Assembly: GCA_945867665.1 (NCBI GenBank)
Contig: CAMBIR010000003.1
Location: 18,757-82,756, forward strand
Source of the DNA: an uncultured Bacillota bacterium
GTDB lineage: Bacteria > Bacillota_I > Bacilli_A > RF39 > UBA660
Length of the DNA: 64,000 nucleotides
Direction: 5' to 3'
The translations under genes and the position numbers were made by a program. Below the pieces are notes generated by a model that was given only the letters and a program-made list of their open reading frames with translations, was not told the DNA's origin and searched no databases. Positions 9,903-17,221 of the stretch are shown here, piece after piece (the stretch's first letter is position 1; the number at the start of each line of letters is the position of its first letter).

Positions 9903-10115
9903 CTAATCTACATCTTTAATTCCTGTAACACCATATCCTAATTTCTCTACCGCATCCCTTATTTCTTCTTGATTTATCCCTTCTTTATAAAAAACAATAA
10001 CTTCCCCTTTATCAACATCTCCTTGTACCTTCTTAACATTATCAATACTCTCTAGCCCCTCTTTTATTCTATTCAAACACTTCCCGCAATGCATTCCTGT
10101 TACATGAATAATCAT
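9903..10115 (-). CDS. copZ: Copper chaperone CopZ (heavy-metal-associated domain)
   Basis: 'MIIHVTGMHCGKC' GMxCxxC metal-binding motif. About 70 aa from the internal Met. The ORF track start is 10136. Confidence 0.75.
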   Translation of the reverse strand: MIIHVTGMHCGKCLNRIKEGLESIDNVKKVQGDVDKGEVIVFYKEGINQEEIRDAVEKLGYGVTGIKDVD

Positions 10116-10181
10116 CTTTTTTCTTGAAAAAAACATCTCTTCTCATCCTTCCTTTTAATATTATAACTTTTACCAATTAAC

Positions 10182-10976
10182 TTAGTCAATTAATTTTTTT
10201 CTGAATTTAGAAATTTTATCATCAAATAAAACGAGCTTTTGAATTCGTTTATCACTAATTTTAATCTCTATTTCTTCTACCGCCTCTATCCTAATAGAAT
10301 TTCCATCTAACGATAAAATAAGATGATTACTTCTTCCTTTAGGATAAATTTTTAACATTTCCCTTTCTAAAAAAATAAGTGAATTAAAAAAGTGGTGATG
10401 AAGATTAGCCCTAACTGGAGCAAGAGGTGTAAGTTGCATAGTATCCATATCCGATAAAATGATACTTCCTCCCAAACTAGCATTGTAGGCACTAGAACCA
10501 ATAGAACTAGAAACTAATACACCATCTCCCACGAAAGTTTCTAGTTTTGACTGGTTGGTAAAAATATCAAACGTGGTTGTCCTAAGGCCATCCTCCCGAA
10601 TAACTACCTCATTAAGACAATAATACTTCACTCTATTTTTTCCTGTTGTAACATTTATCTCTAAAAGAGGTACTTTTTTTATCAAATAACTATCATTCTT
10701 TAAAGAAGTAAAAAATAAATCCATATCACTTTCTTCAATTTCTTGTAGCATTCCTATTCTTCCCAAATTAATTCCCGTATAAATTAAAGAAGAATGAAAC
10801 TGATGAAAAGAAATCATCTTTAAAAAAGTACCATCTCCACCAATCGCTATTGCAAGTTGATAATCTTTATCCTCTACCCTAATTCCTAAATGACAAAATT
10901 CTTTTTCTAATTTTTCACGAATTTTTTTACTTGCCTCACTAGAATTATCATATAAACAAACACTTTTTATTTTCAT
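10182..10976 (-). CDS. nadK: NAD+ kinase
   Basis: 'GGDGT' motif and NadK fold signature 'DGLLVSS…GSTAY'-like ('DGVLVSSSIGSSAYNAS'). The start is the ATG in 'TAATG' that overlaps the stop of the upstream gene. Confidence 0.85.
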   Translation of the reverse strand: MKIKSVCLYDNSSEASKKIREKLEKEFCHLGIRVEDKDYQLAIAIGGDGTFLKMISFHQFHSSLIYTGINLGRIGMLQEIEESDMDLFFTSLKNDSYLIKKVPLLEINVTTGKNRVKYYCLNEVVIREDGLRTTTFDIFTNQSKLETFVGDGVLVSSSIGSSAYNASLGGSIILSDMDTMQLTPLAPVRANLHHHFFNSLIFLEREMLKIYPKGRSNHLILSLDGNSIRIEAVEEIEIKISDKRIQKLVLFDDKISKFRKKLID

Positions 10977-11500
10977 TATTCTTCCTCTTTTAATATCTCT
11001 TTTAATAAATTTATTACCCAATAAAGAACATTTTCTTTATTCTTTTCCCTTGATTTATCTGTTACTGTTAATACTTTATCAACATAAATATTCAAAACTT
11101 TATCATAAACACTAATATAAACAACACGATTATCCCCAAATTGATTAAATCTATCTTCTCGATTGAATTTACCCGTAATTCCAATTCCATATCTACTACC
11201 AGTATAATTTACAATGCTACTACTCATTTCATGAGCAACTTCCATACTATAAACACTATACTTCTTAATTACCTCTTCTGATACTCCAAATTTTATCTTA
11301 TAAAAATTAGAATACGTTACAGCACCAAAAGAAAATACTTCACTAGCACCTTCTACATTAGTAATTGCATTCGCAATAAAACCACCAGTTGCAGACTCCA
11401 TCGTTGATATTGTCTCATTTCTTAAAGTTAAAATTTGAACAATCTCTTCCATCTTACCACTTTCCTTATCCAGAACAATCTTATCACGAAAAATAAGCAT
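10976..11500 (-). CDS. CinA C-terminal domain protein (nicotinamide-nucleotide amidohydrolase PncC-like)
   Basis: 174 aa. 'LTLRNETISTMESATGGFIANAITNVEGAS' matches the CinA-C family. Confidence 0.7.
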   Translation of the reverse strand: MLIFRDKIVLDKESGKMEEIVQILTLRNETISTMESATGGFIANAITNVEGASEVFSFGAVTYSNFYKIKFGVSEEVIKKYSVYSMEVAHEMSSSIVNYTGSRYGIGITGKFNREDRFNQFGDNRVVYISVYDKVLNIYVDKVLTVTDKSREKNKENVLYWVINLLKEILKEEE

Positions 11501-11508
11501 CTGTCAAA

Positions 11509-11880
11509 CTAATTAAAAGCAAGTTCTGTATCAATATCATAATCTGTATAAGCAATATATAAAAGAATAATTCCCGCTAATACAATAAATAAACTACTAA
11601 TAAAAGATAAATATATAGCTTCCTTCTTACCTTTACTATCACTTATTTTTATATTTTTTAATTCCTTTATACTATCAATAAAATAATAAGAATAAGTAAT
11701 CAAAGCACCACCAAAAATAATAATCATTAACTCTCGGTACCTCTTCTTACTCTCCTCATTCTGATAAATTAAATAATCCCTCTCAAAAACATTCGCAATA
11801 AAAGAAAGAAGAATAATAATGATTAATACTAACCAAATTACTTCTTCTATTTCTAACTTTTTCAATCTCTCTTCATCCAT
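11509..11880 (-). CDS. Small integral membrane protein, hypothetical
   Basis: 123 aa with three hydrophobic segments. Sits directly downstream of DGR target1. Confidence 0.4.
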   Translation of the reverse strand: MDEERLKKLEIEEVIWLVLIIIILLSFIANVFERDYLIYQNEESKKRYRELMIIIFGGALITYSYYFIDSIKELKNIKISDSKGKKEAIYLSFISSLFIVLAGIILLYIAYTDYDIDTELAFN

Positions 11881-11892
11881 AATAAAATATAT

Positions 11893-12530
11893 GAGATATC
11901 CTCCACTTCCTACTTTACTTTATCTCCATCGGATAGTCCTCTGTACCTACTCCCTCATATTGGAGCCCAGACTTCAGAACCACTATCGGGCGAAGAGAGC
12001 TGCTGCTACCGCCCGTGTTGAAATTCGAACTATAATAGCTATACAGGTTGTAGTTGCTAATTGACCCAGAAGCGAGCACCTTCCGTCCGCCCCAGCGATA
12101 GTCAGTCGAGGAGGAATAATTATAGTATCGTGATGCTATCCAATAAGAAGCACCACTACCCCCTGGTTTAGCGGCTACTCTTGTCCCTAAAACTGTATTG
12201 ATTAAATTATAATCTGTAGTGTATAAAGTATCTCCTCCACCTTGACTCTCAACAGTACTACTTCCAGTTGAACTTGTCCATGGTGCTGGATTTGTAAATT
12301 TGGAAGTATCGGTAATATATTCCGTTTGCCCATTATATCCAAAATATCGAGAACCTTTAGTATAAGCACTATTTTCATACTGACTTGCAAGAACATTTAA
12401 GTATCCAACTAGGTTTTGATACCCTGTTTGTCCTCTAAAATAAACCGCTACACTAGAGACATGTTCACTAATCATCTCTACTGTTCCATCATCATTTAAT
12501 TTAATCACTCGCCATAAATTTAATTCTTGT
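11893..12530. repeat. Direct repeat copy A, about 640 bp and 100% identical to 14917..15554 (3' portion of target gene including VR and IMH)
   Basis: Read base by base, with identity confirmed at several blocks and divergence beginning upstream of about 12530. Confidence 0.75.
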
Positions 12531-12859
12531 GGATTAATCGTTTGCGTACTAGTATATCCAGTTTTAGAAGCATCCGTTGTATAGCTAGACTTGGTTGGTG
12601 TCATCTTGACATAGTCTCCTAAAGCAAGAGTATTTTTTTTCTTTAAACAAACATATCCATCTGGACATGACTTACCATATAATTCATCCAAAGCATCTTG
12701 AACATTAGTTGAACTAAGACCACTTTTACTATTATCATAAGTTAAATCTACTCCATTACCAACGTATGTCGTTGCTGCATATACTCCCGTTACCGATAAG
12801 AATATTCCAATTACTAAACCAACTAGTATCTTATAATTATAACTTTTCTTTTTCTTCAT
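11915..12859 (-). CDS. DGR target protein 1, secreted or anchored, with C-terminal variable domain
   Basis: 314 aa. Signal peptide 'MKKKKSYNYKILVGLVIGIFLSVTGVYA'. The C-terminal 230 aa are identical to ORF 14939..15904. The 3' VR (11988..12122) matches the TR except mainly at TR-adenine positions. Confidence 0.85.
   Translation of the reverse strand: MKKKKSYNYKILVGLVIGIFLSVTGVYAATTYVGNGVDLTYDNSKSGLSSTNVQDALDELYGKSCPDGYVCLKKKNTLALGDYVKMTPTKSSYTTDASKTGYTSTQTINPQELNLWRVIKLNDDGTVEMISEHVSSVAVYFRGQTGYQNLVGYLNVLASQYENSAYTKGSRYFGYNGQTEYITDTSKFTNPAPWTSSTGSSTVESQGGGDTLYTTDYNLINTVLGTRVAAKPGGSGASYWIASRYYNYSSSTDYRWGGRKVLASGSISNYNLYSYYSSNFNTGGSSSSLRPIVVLKSGLQYEGVGTEDYPMEIK
11988..12122 (-). other. DGR variable region VR1
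   Basis: Aligns with the TR at 13941..14075. On the plus strand TR 'gagagTTgTTgTTaTTgTTcgtg' corresponds to VR 'gagagCTgCTgCTaCCgCCcgtg', so the substitutions fall on coding-strand adenines. Residues encoded there: TR N/N/N/N/N give VR D/R/G/K/L and so on. Confidence 0.8.
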
Positions 12860-13805
12860 TTCTAATCATTCCTTTATTTAGATTTTTATAATTAATATAA
12901 CTTGCTAAATAACTATTTAATTTTATCTTTCCAATTTCATATAAATACTTTTTATATTTTAATTTTCTTCTCTTGTCTCTATATTTAGAATTTCTATTAT
13001 CTTTATCTCTTCCTAGAAAAATAATATTATTGGTATTCTTATAAATTCTAGTTTTATTATTTAACTCTAATCTTTCTTTTCTTAAAAATTCTTTTATCTT
13101 ATCTAAACAATACTTTAAATATTGTTTATCTTGATGAAACAAAATAAAATCATCTTGATATCTTACATAATATTTTATCTTTAACTCTTCTTTAATATAA
13201 TGATCTAAATCATTTAAATAAAATATTCCTAATATTTGACTACTCATAAATCCTATACTAAGTGTAGTATCACTATCTAATATTTTATCTATTATCATTA
13301 AAGCATCTTTATCTTTTATTTTTCTTTTCAATTTATTCTTTAATACTCTAATATCAATACTAGCAAAATAAGAATGAATATCACATTTTAAAAGATAATA
13401 AGTACCATATTTTCTCTCCATCATATTACGATACTGATAATATAATTTTAGAGCATAAGATGTTCCTTTATTTGTTCTAGAAGCACAATTTGCATCAATT
13501 AAACAAGGAATTAAAGCATCATATAAAATATATCGACTCACCAAATGATTCACTAATTTATCATACATACTTTGACTAACAATTCTTCTTTTCTTTGGAT
13601 CGTATATGTAAAAAACATGAAACTTTCCTACTTCATAAGTTTTATTTTTTAAATCATGATATACCCGACTAATATAAATTGCTTTAAAATTCTTAAATTG
13701 TTGTACTCTATTCTTATTTTTTGTATTTCTACATATCTCATCAAAACATCTCTCTATATTTTCAAATTTATATATATTTTGATATAAATTATTTACTCTT
13801 TTCAT
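12837..13805 (-). CDS. DGR reverse transcriptase
   Basis: 322 aa. RT motifs 'IGFMSSQILGIFYLNDLDHY' (DGR-type [IVL]GxxxSQ in place of QGxxxSP) and 'YVRYQDDFILF' (YxDD box). The size is typical for DGR RTs. It overlaps the start of target1 by 23 nt. Confidence 0.9.
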   Translation of the reverse strand: MKRVNNLYQNIYKFENIERCFDEICRNTKNKNRVQQFKNFKAIYISRVYHDLKNKTYEVGKFHVFYIYDPKKRRIVSQSMYDKLVNHLVSRYILYDALIPCLIDANCASRTNKGTSYALKLYYQYRNMMERKYGTYYLLKCDIHSYFASIDIRVLKNKLKRKIKDKDALMIIDKILDSDTTLSIGFMSSQILGIFYLNDLDHYIKEELKIKYYVRYQDDFILFHQDKQYLKYCLDKIKEFLRKERLELNNKTRIYKNTNNIIFLGRDKDNRNSKYRDKRRKLKYKKYLYEIGKIKLNSYLASYINYKNLNKGMIRNEEKEKL

Positions 13806-13929
13806 ATATCCCCTTTCATTTTCATTACTAACAGATATATTTTTTATATTGTTTATAGAATAATCTATTGGACTTAGTCTATTTCTTCATTATCTCTAAT
13901 ATAAGTCTTTCTTATATCACCTCAGTTTG
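13806..13929 (-). ncRNA. DGR TR–RT spacer, presumed structured part of the template RNA
   Basis: A 124-nt non-coding gap between the TR 3' end and the RT start codon. In characterised DGRs this spacer is part of the RNA that primes cDNA synthesis. The assignment here is inferred from position alone. Confidence 0.4.
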
Positions 13930-14095
13930 AAGAAGTTCCTGGGCGAAGAGAGTTGTTGTTATTGTTCGTGTTGAAACTTGAACTATTATAGTTATACAGG
14001 TTGTTGTTGCTAGTCGACCCAGAAGTGTTCACATTCCGTCCGTTCCAGTTATAGTTAGTCGAAGAGGAATAATCATAACAACATCTCTTTCCAAA
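13930..14095 (-). repeat. DGR template repeat (TR)
   Basis: Non-coding copy of the target 3' region lying between avd and the RT. Its residual reading frame is Asn-rich, 'STNYNWNGRNVNTSGSTSNNNLYNYNSSSFNTNNNNNSLRP', with 13 or more AAC codons at positions that vary in VR1, VR2 and VR3. The 3'-end block 'cttcgcccagg' (IMH*) differs from the VR-side IMH. Confidence 0.85.
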
Positions 14096-14099
14096 CCAA

Positions 14100-14444
14100 C
14101 TAAGCCCGAGATGACTTTCGCCATCCAATAACATACTTTAATAAATAATCCAAATTCTCCCCAAATTTTAAATATCTTTTGGCATTAATAATGTGTTTAT
14201 CGTAACAAACATTAACCAAATAATCTAAATATTTAATATAAGAAATAATTTTATCTTGAATATCGATTCTTTTATTGATATCAAATGTTGTATTTGCTTC
14301 ATAAGCAATCTTTAACATTTGATAAGAAGTAAACATAATTTCTCTTTTTATTTCTATTTCTTTATGAGGAAAATTTGTTAAATACTGATCAAAACTATCA
14401 ATTAATCTCTTAATCAATTCTGTTATATAAAATTTATCTTTCAT
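14100..14444 (-). CDS. avd: DGR accessory variability determinant (Avd; four-helix-bundle, 23S rRNA IVS protein family)
   Basis: 114 aa. 'LIDSFDQYLTNFPHKEIEIKREIMFTSYQMLKIAYEAN … YLDYLVNVCYDK' fits the Avd consensus (FPK.E.…R.…). It lies immediately upstream of the TR. Confidence 0.7.
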   Translation of the reverse strand: MKDKFYITELIKRLIDSFDQYLTNFPHKEIEIKREIMFTSYQMLKIAYEANTTFDINKRIDIQDKIISYIKYLDYLVNVCYDKHIINAKRYLKFGENLDYLLKYVIGWRKSSRA

Positions 14445-14883
14445 ATAATAACTTCTCTACTTCTTCAATTTTATCATCATGCTTTAAAAGATAGACCTTA
14501 ATTCTATCAATTCTATTTAATTTATCTAAATAATCATTTGCTTTAGAAGAAACCTCTTTATACTTATTTTTCTTTTTATAATTCATCTTATCCATCTCTT
14601 CATAATTATGATTCTTATCAATCGAAATATAATTAATATTTCTACTCTCTAAATTTGAAATAACTCTATTATAAGAAACCAAAGGAAAACCACAATTCTT
14701 ATCTCCACTAGATAATATCTTAATTTTATATTGAAATAAATAAGAAATGATATTGGCATCATCATTATAACATTCATAAAAAGTACCAATTTTTAATAAT
14801 ACTACATATTCTGGAAATAATTCTTTTAAATTATTTGCCATATTTACTACTGCCATATAAACCTTCTTTCTTTTTTTAACCAA
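14434..14883 (-). CDS. MutS domain-I-like (mismatch-recognition domain) small protein; putative DGR accessory factor
   Basis: 149 aa. 'FPEYVVLLKIGTFYECYNDDANI…KNCGFPLVSYNRVISNLESRNINYISI' aligns to MutS domain I ('PILLFYRMGDFYELFYDDA…[23 protein letters not shown]') and keeps the Phe-x-Glu mismatch-contact motif ('FYE'). It overlaps the avd start by 11 nt. Confidence 0.6.
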   Translation of the reverse strand: MVKKRKKVYMAVVNMANNLKELFPEYVVLLKIGTFYECYNDDANIISYLFQYKIKILSSGDKNCGFPLVSYNRVISNLESRNINYISIDKNHNYEEMDKMNYKKKNKYKEVSSKANDYLDKLNRIDRIKVYLLKHDDKIEEVEKLLYER

Positions 14884-14916
14884 AGCCCATCTCAGGAACG
14901 ACCTTAGGCCGTTCTT

Positions 14917-15554
14917 GAGATATCCTCCACTTCCTACTTTACTTTATCTCCATCGGATAGTCCTCTGTACCTACTCCCTCATATTGGAGCCCAGACTTCA
15001 GAACCACTATCGGGCGAAGAGAGCTGCTGCTACCGCCCGTGTTGAAATTCGAACTATAATAGCTATACAGGTTGTAGTTGCTAATTGACCCAGAAGCGAG
15101 CACCTTCCGTCCGCCCCAGCGATAGTCAGTCGAGGAGGAATAATTATAGTATCGTGATGCTATCCAATAAGAAGCACCACTACCCCCTGGTTTAGCGGCT
15201 ACTCTTGTCCCTAAAACTGTATTGATTAAATTATAATCTGTAGTGTATAAAGTATCTCCTCCACCTTGACTCTCAACAGTACTACTTCCAGTTGAACTTG
15301 TCCATGGTGCTGGATTTGTAAATTTGGAAGTATCGGTAATATATTCCGTTTGCCCATTATATCCAAAATATCGAGAACCTTTAGTATAAGCACTATTTTC
15401 ATACTGACTTGCAAGAACATTTAAGTATCCAACTAGGTTTTGATACCCTGTTTGTCCTCTAAAATAAACCGCTACACTAGAGACATGTTCACTAATCATC
15501 TCTACTGTTCCATCATCATTTAATTTAATCACTCGCCATAAATTTAATTCTTGT
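14917..15554. repeat. Direct repeat copy B (identical to 11893..12530)
   Basis: See copy A. Confidence 0.75.
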
Positions 15555-15904
15555 GGTTTAATTGTTTGCGTACTCGTATATCCTGTTTTAGAAGTATCTG
15601 TTGTATAGCTAGACTTGGTAGGTGTCATCTTAACATAGTCTCCTAAAGCAAGGGTACTTTTCTTTTGTAAACAAACATAACCATCAGGGCAACTAGTACC
15701 ATCTCCATATACCTTCTTATATTTATCTGAAAGTTCATCAACTGCTCCTTGTACATCAGCACTAGATAAGTTACTATTTTCATTATCATAAAAAACATCT
15801 TCTGCTCTATATTTATTTACTGCCCATACACTAATGATAGGAATTAATATTCCTATCATTAAACCAATGAATAATTTATAATTCTTATTTTTTAATATTC
15901 GCAT
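14939..15904 (-). CDS. DGR target protein 2, secreted or anchored, upstream of the cassette
   Basis: 321 aa. N-terminal 'MRILKNKNYKLFIGLMIGILIPIISVWA'. The C-terminal domain and VR are identical to target1. Confidence 0.85.
   Translation of the reverse strand: MRILKNKNYKLFIGLMIGILIPIISVWAVNKYRAEDVFYDNENSNLSSADVQGAVDELSDKYKKVYGDGTSCPDGYVCLQKKSTLALGDYVKMTPTKSSYTTDTSKTGYTSTQTIKPQELNLWRVIKLNDDGTVEMISEHVSSVAVYFRGQTGYQNLVGYLNVLASQYENSAYTKGSRYFGYNGQTEYITDTSKFTNPAPWTSSTGSSTVESQGGGDTLYTTDYNLINTVLGTRVAAKPGGSGASYWIASRYYNYSSSTDYRWGGRKVLASGSISNYNLYSYYSSNFNTGGSSSSLRPIVVLKSGLQYEGVGTEDYPMEIK
15012..15146 (-). other. DGR variable region VR2 (identical to VR1)
   Basis: Offset by 3024 bp from VR1 and the same sequence throughout. 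Confidence 0.8.
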
Positions 15905-16083
15905 CCTATCGCTCCTTATTTCCTAGTCTATTATTATCTTAAGGATAACAAAAAAATAAAGAAAAATCAATTTTCTTCACTAGTAGATAACTCATGTATT
16001 ATTAACTAAATGTTTACATCAAGAGAACTTCTTGATATTCATATCTATTTCTAATATAATATCAAGAAAGGAGGAAATAAAAG

Positions 16084-16452
16084 ATGAACAAGAAAAATAA
16101 TTATTATAGTAAAATGATAGAAAATTTAAGAGTAAGAGTAATTGATTTTATTACCTCTAAAAATAACTTAGCCCATGATGAAGTGGAAAGAGGCTTTAAT
16201 CATTCTCTTACTTACCAACTCTTACAAGATAAAAAAACTAATCTTTATTTATTAGATGAAGAAAAAATAATAAACCTATGGGATAGAGAAAAAGAAATAA
16301 AAGAAGAAATAAACTCAATGATTAAAAAGTCTAATAATAAAATTATAAATGATATTCAAGAAGAAATCAAAAAAGAACTACTAAAAATTTCATTAGAAAA
16401 TAATATTCCACTTGATGAAGCCTATCAAAGACGACTTCAAAAGAAATTTTAA
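16084..16452 (+). CDS. Hypothetical protein
   Basis: 122 aa ORF with an RBS 'aaggagg'. Confidence 0.4.
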   Translation: MNKKNNYYSKMIENLRVRVIDFITSKNNLAHDEVERGFNHSLTYQLLQDKKTNLYLLDEEKIINLWDREKEIKEEINSMIKKSNNKIINDIQEEIKKELLKISLENNIPLDEAYQRRLQKKF

Positions 16453-16501
16453 CTTGTAGTTTTTTTTAAAATCCATTATAATGAATATGGTGATAATATA
16501 A

Positions 16502-17221
16502 ATGAAACAAAATATTTTTGAAAAAATAGAAACCATTTTAAAGAAAAGTATGATAACTTTAGGACTAATTCTCCTATTATTAACTTGGGGACTAATTCCA
16601 ATTATTATAAGCTCTATATTAAAAATTGACTATCAAAGTATGAACGCTATCTTAAAAACAATCATTTCTTTTTTTAATGATTTATGTTTAATTTTTATTT
16701 TAATTGGTATCTATCATAAAACATTTTTTAGAGATTTTAAAAATTACTTTGAGACCAGAGATATTTTAAAAAATATTTTTACTTCTCTTAAATATTGGTT
16801 ACTTGGATTAAGCATTATGGTAATTAGTAATAGTATTATTACAATAATCACTAATGGAACATTAGCCGCCAATGAAGAGGCAGTTAGAAATCTAATTGAT
16901 ACCCATCCTCTTTATATGGCCTTTCAATTAATTATCTACGCCCCTCTAACTGAAGAGTTAATTTTTAGAAAAAGTATTAGAGAAATTACCAATAATAAAG
17001 CAATCTATATTCTCCTAACTGGTCTTATTTTTGGAGGAATGCATGTCATCTCTTCCATCCAATCAGCAAAAGATTTACTTTATTTAATTCCTTATTGTTC
17101 CCTAGGATTTACCTTTGGATATTTATATACTAAAACCGATAATATTTTTTCTACCATAACAGCCCATGCCACACATAATACCCTAGCTTTAATTCTTTAT
17201 TTAATGCAGGTGATATCATGA
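16502..17221 (+). CDS. CPBP-family (CAAX/Abi) intramembrane metalloprotease
   Basis: 'EELIFR' and 'FGGMHV…H' motifs within a multi-TM protein. Confidence 0.7.
   Translation: MKQNIFEKIETILKKSMITLGLILLLLTWGLIPIIISSILKIDYQSMNAILKTIISFFNDLCLIFILIGIYHKTFFRDFKNYFETRDILKNIFTSLKYWLLGLSIMVISNSIITIITNGTLAANEEAVRNLIDTHPLYMAFQLIIYAPLTEELIFRKSIREITNNKAIYILLTGLIFGGMHVISSIQSAKDLLYLIPYCSLGFTFGYLYTKTDNIFSTITAHATHNTLALILYLMQVIS

Noticed and set aside
11819-12064. 81-aa plus-strand ORF antisense to VR1
   Set aside because: It lies antisense to a strongly supported CDS and spans a gene boundary, with no RBS. It is spurious.
12202-12396. 64-aa minus-strand ORFs nested in the targets (also 3685..3879 and 15226..15420)
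   Set aside because: These are alternative-frame ORFs inside the well-supported target CDSs. They are repeated only because the targets are paralogous, and they have no independent signals.
13922-14134. 70-aa ORF 'MLLDGESHLGLSWFGKRCCYDYSSSTNYNWNG…' on the minus strand
   Set aside because: It coincides with the DGR template repeat. The open frame is inherited from the target 3' coding sequence, there is no plausible RBS, and it overlaps the avd stop. It was annotated as the TR and not as a CDS.
11893-15554. CRISPR array or IS-element interpretation of the repeated segments
   Set aside because: The repeats are protein-coding target 3' ends (640 bp), not short regularly spaced repeats. No transposase or terminal inverted repeats are present. 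DGR TR/VR plus a segmental duplication explains them.
11500-16000. Prophage-borne DGR
   Set aside because: No integrase, terminase, capsid or tail genes occur in the window. The cassette is flanked by nadK/cinA and housekeeping genes on the same strand, so a chromosomal cellular DGR is more consistent. A defective prophage farther away cannot be excluded.
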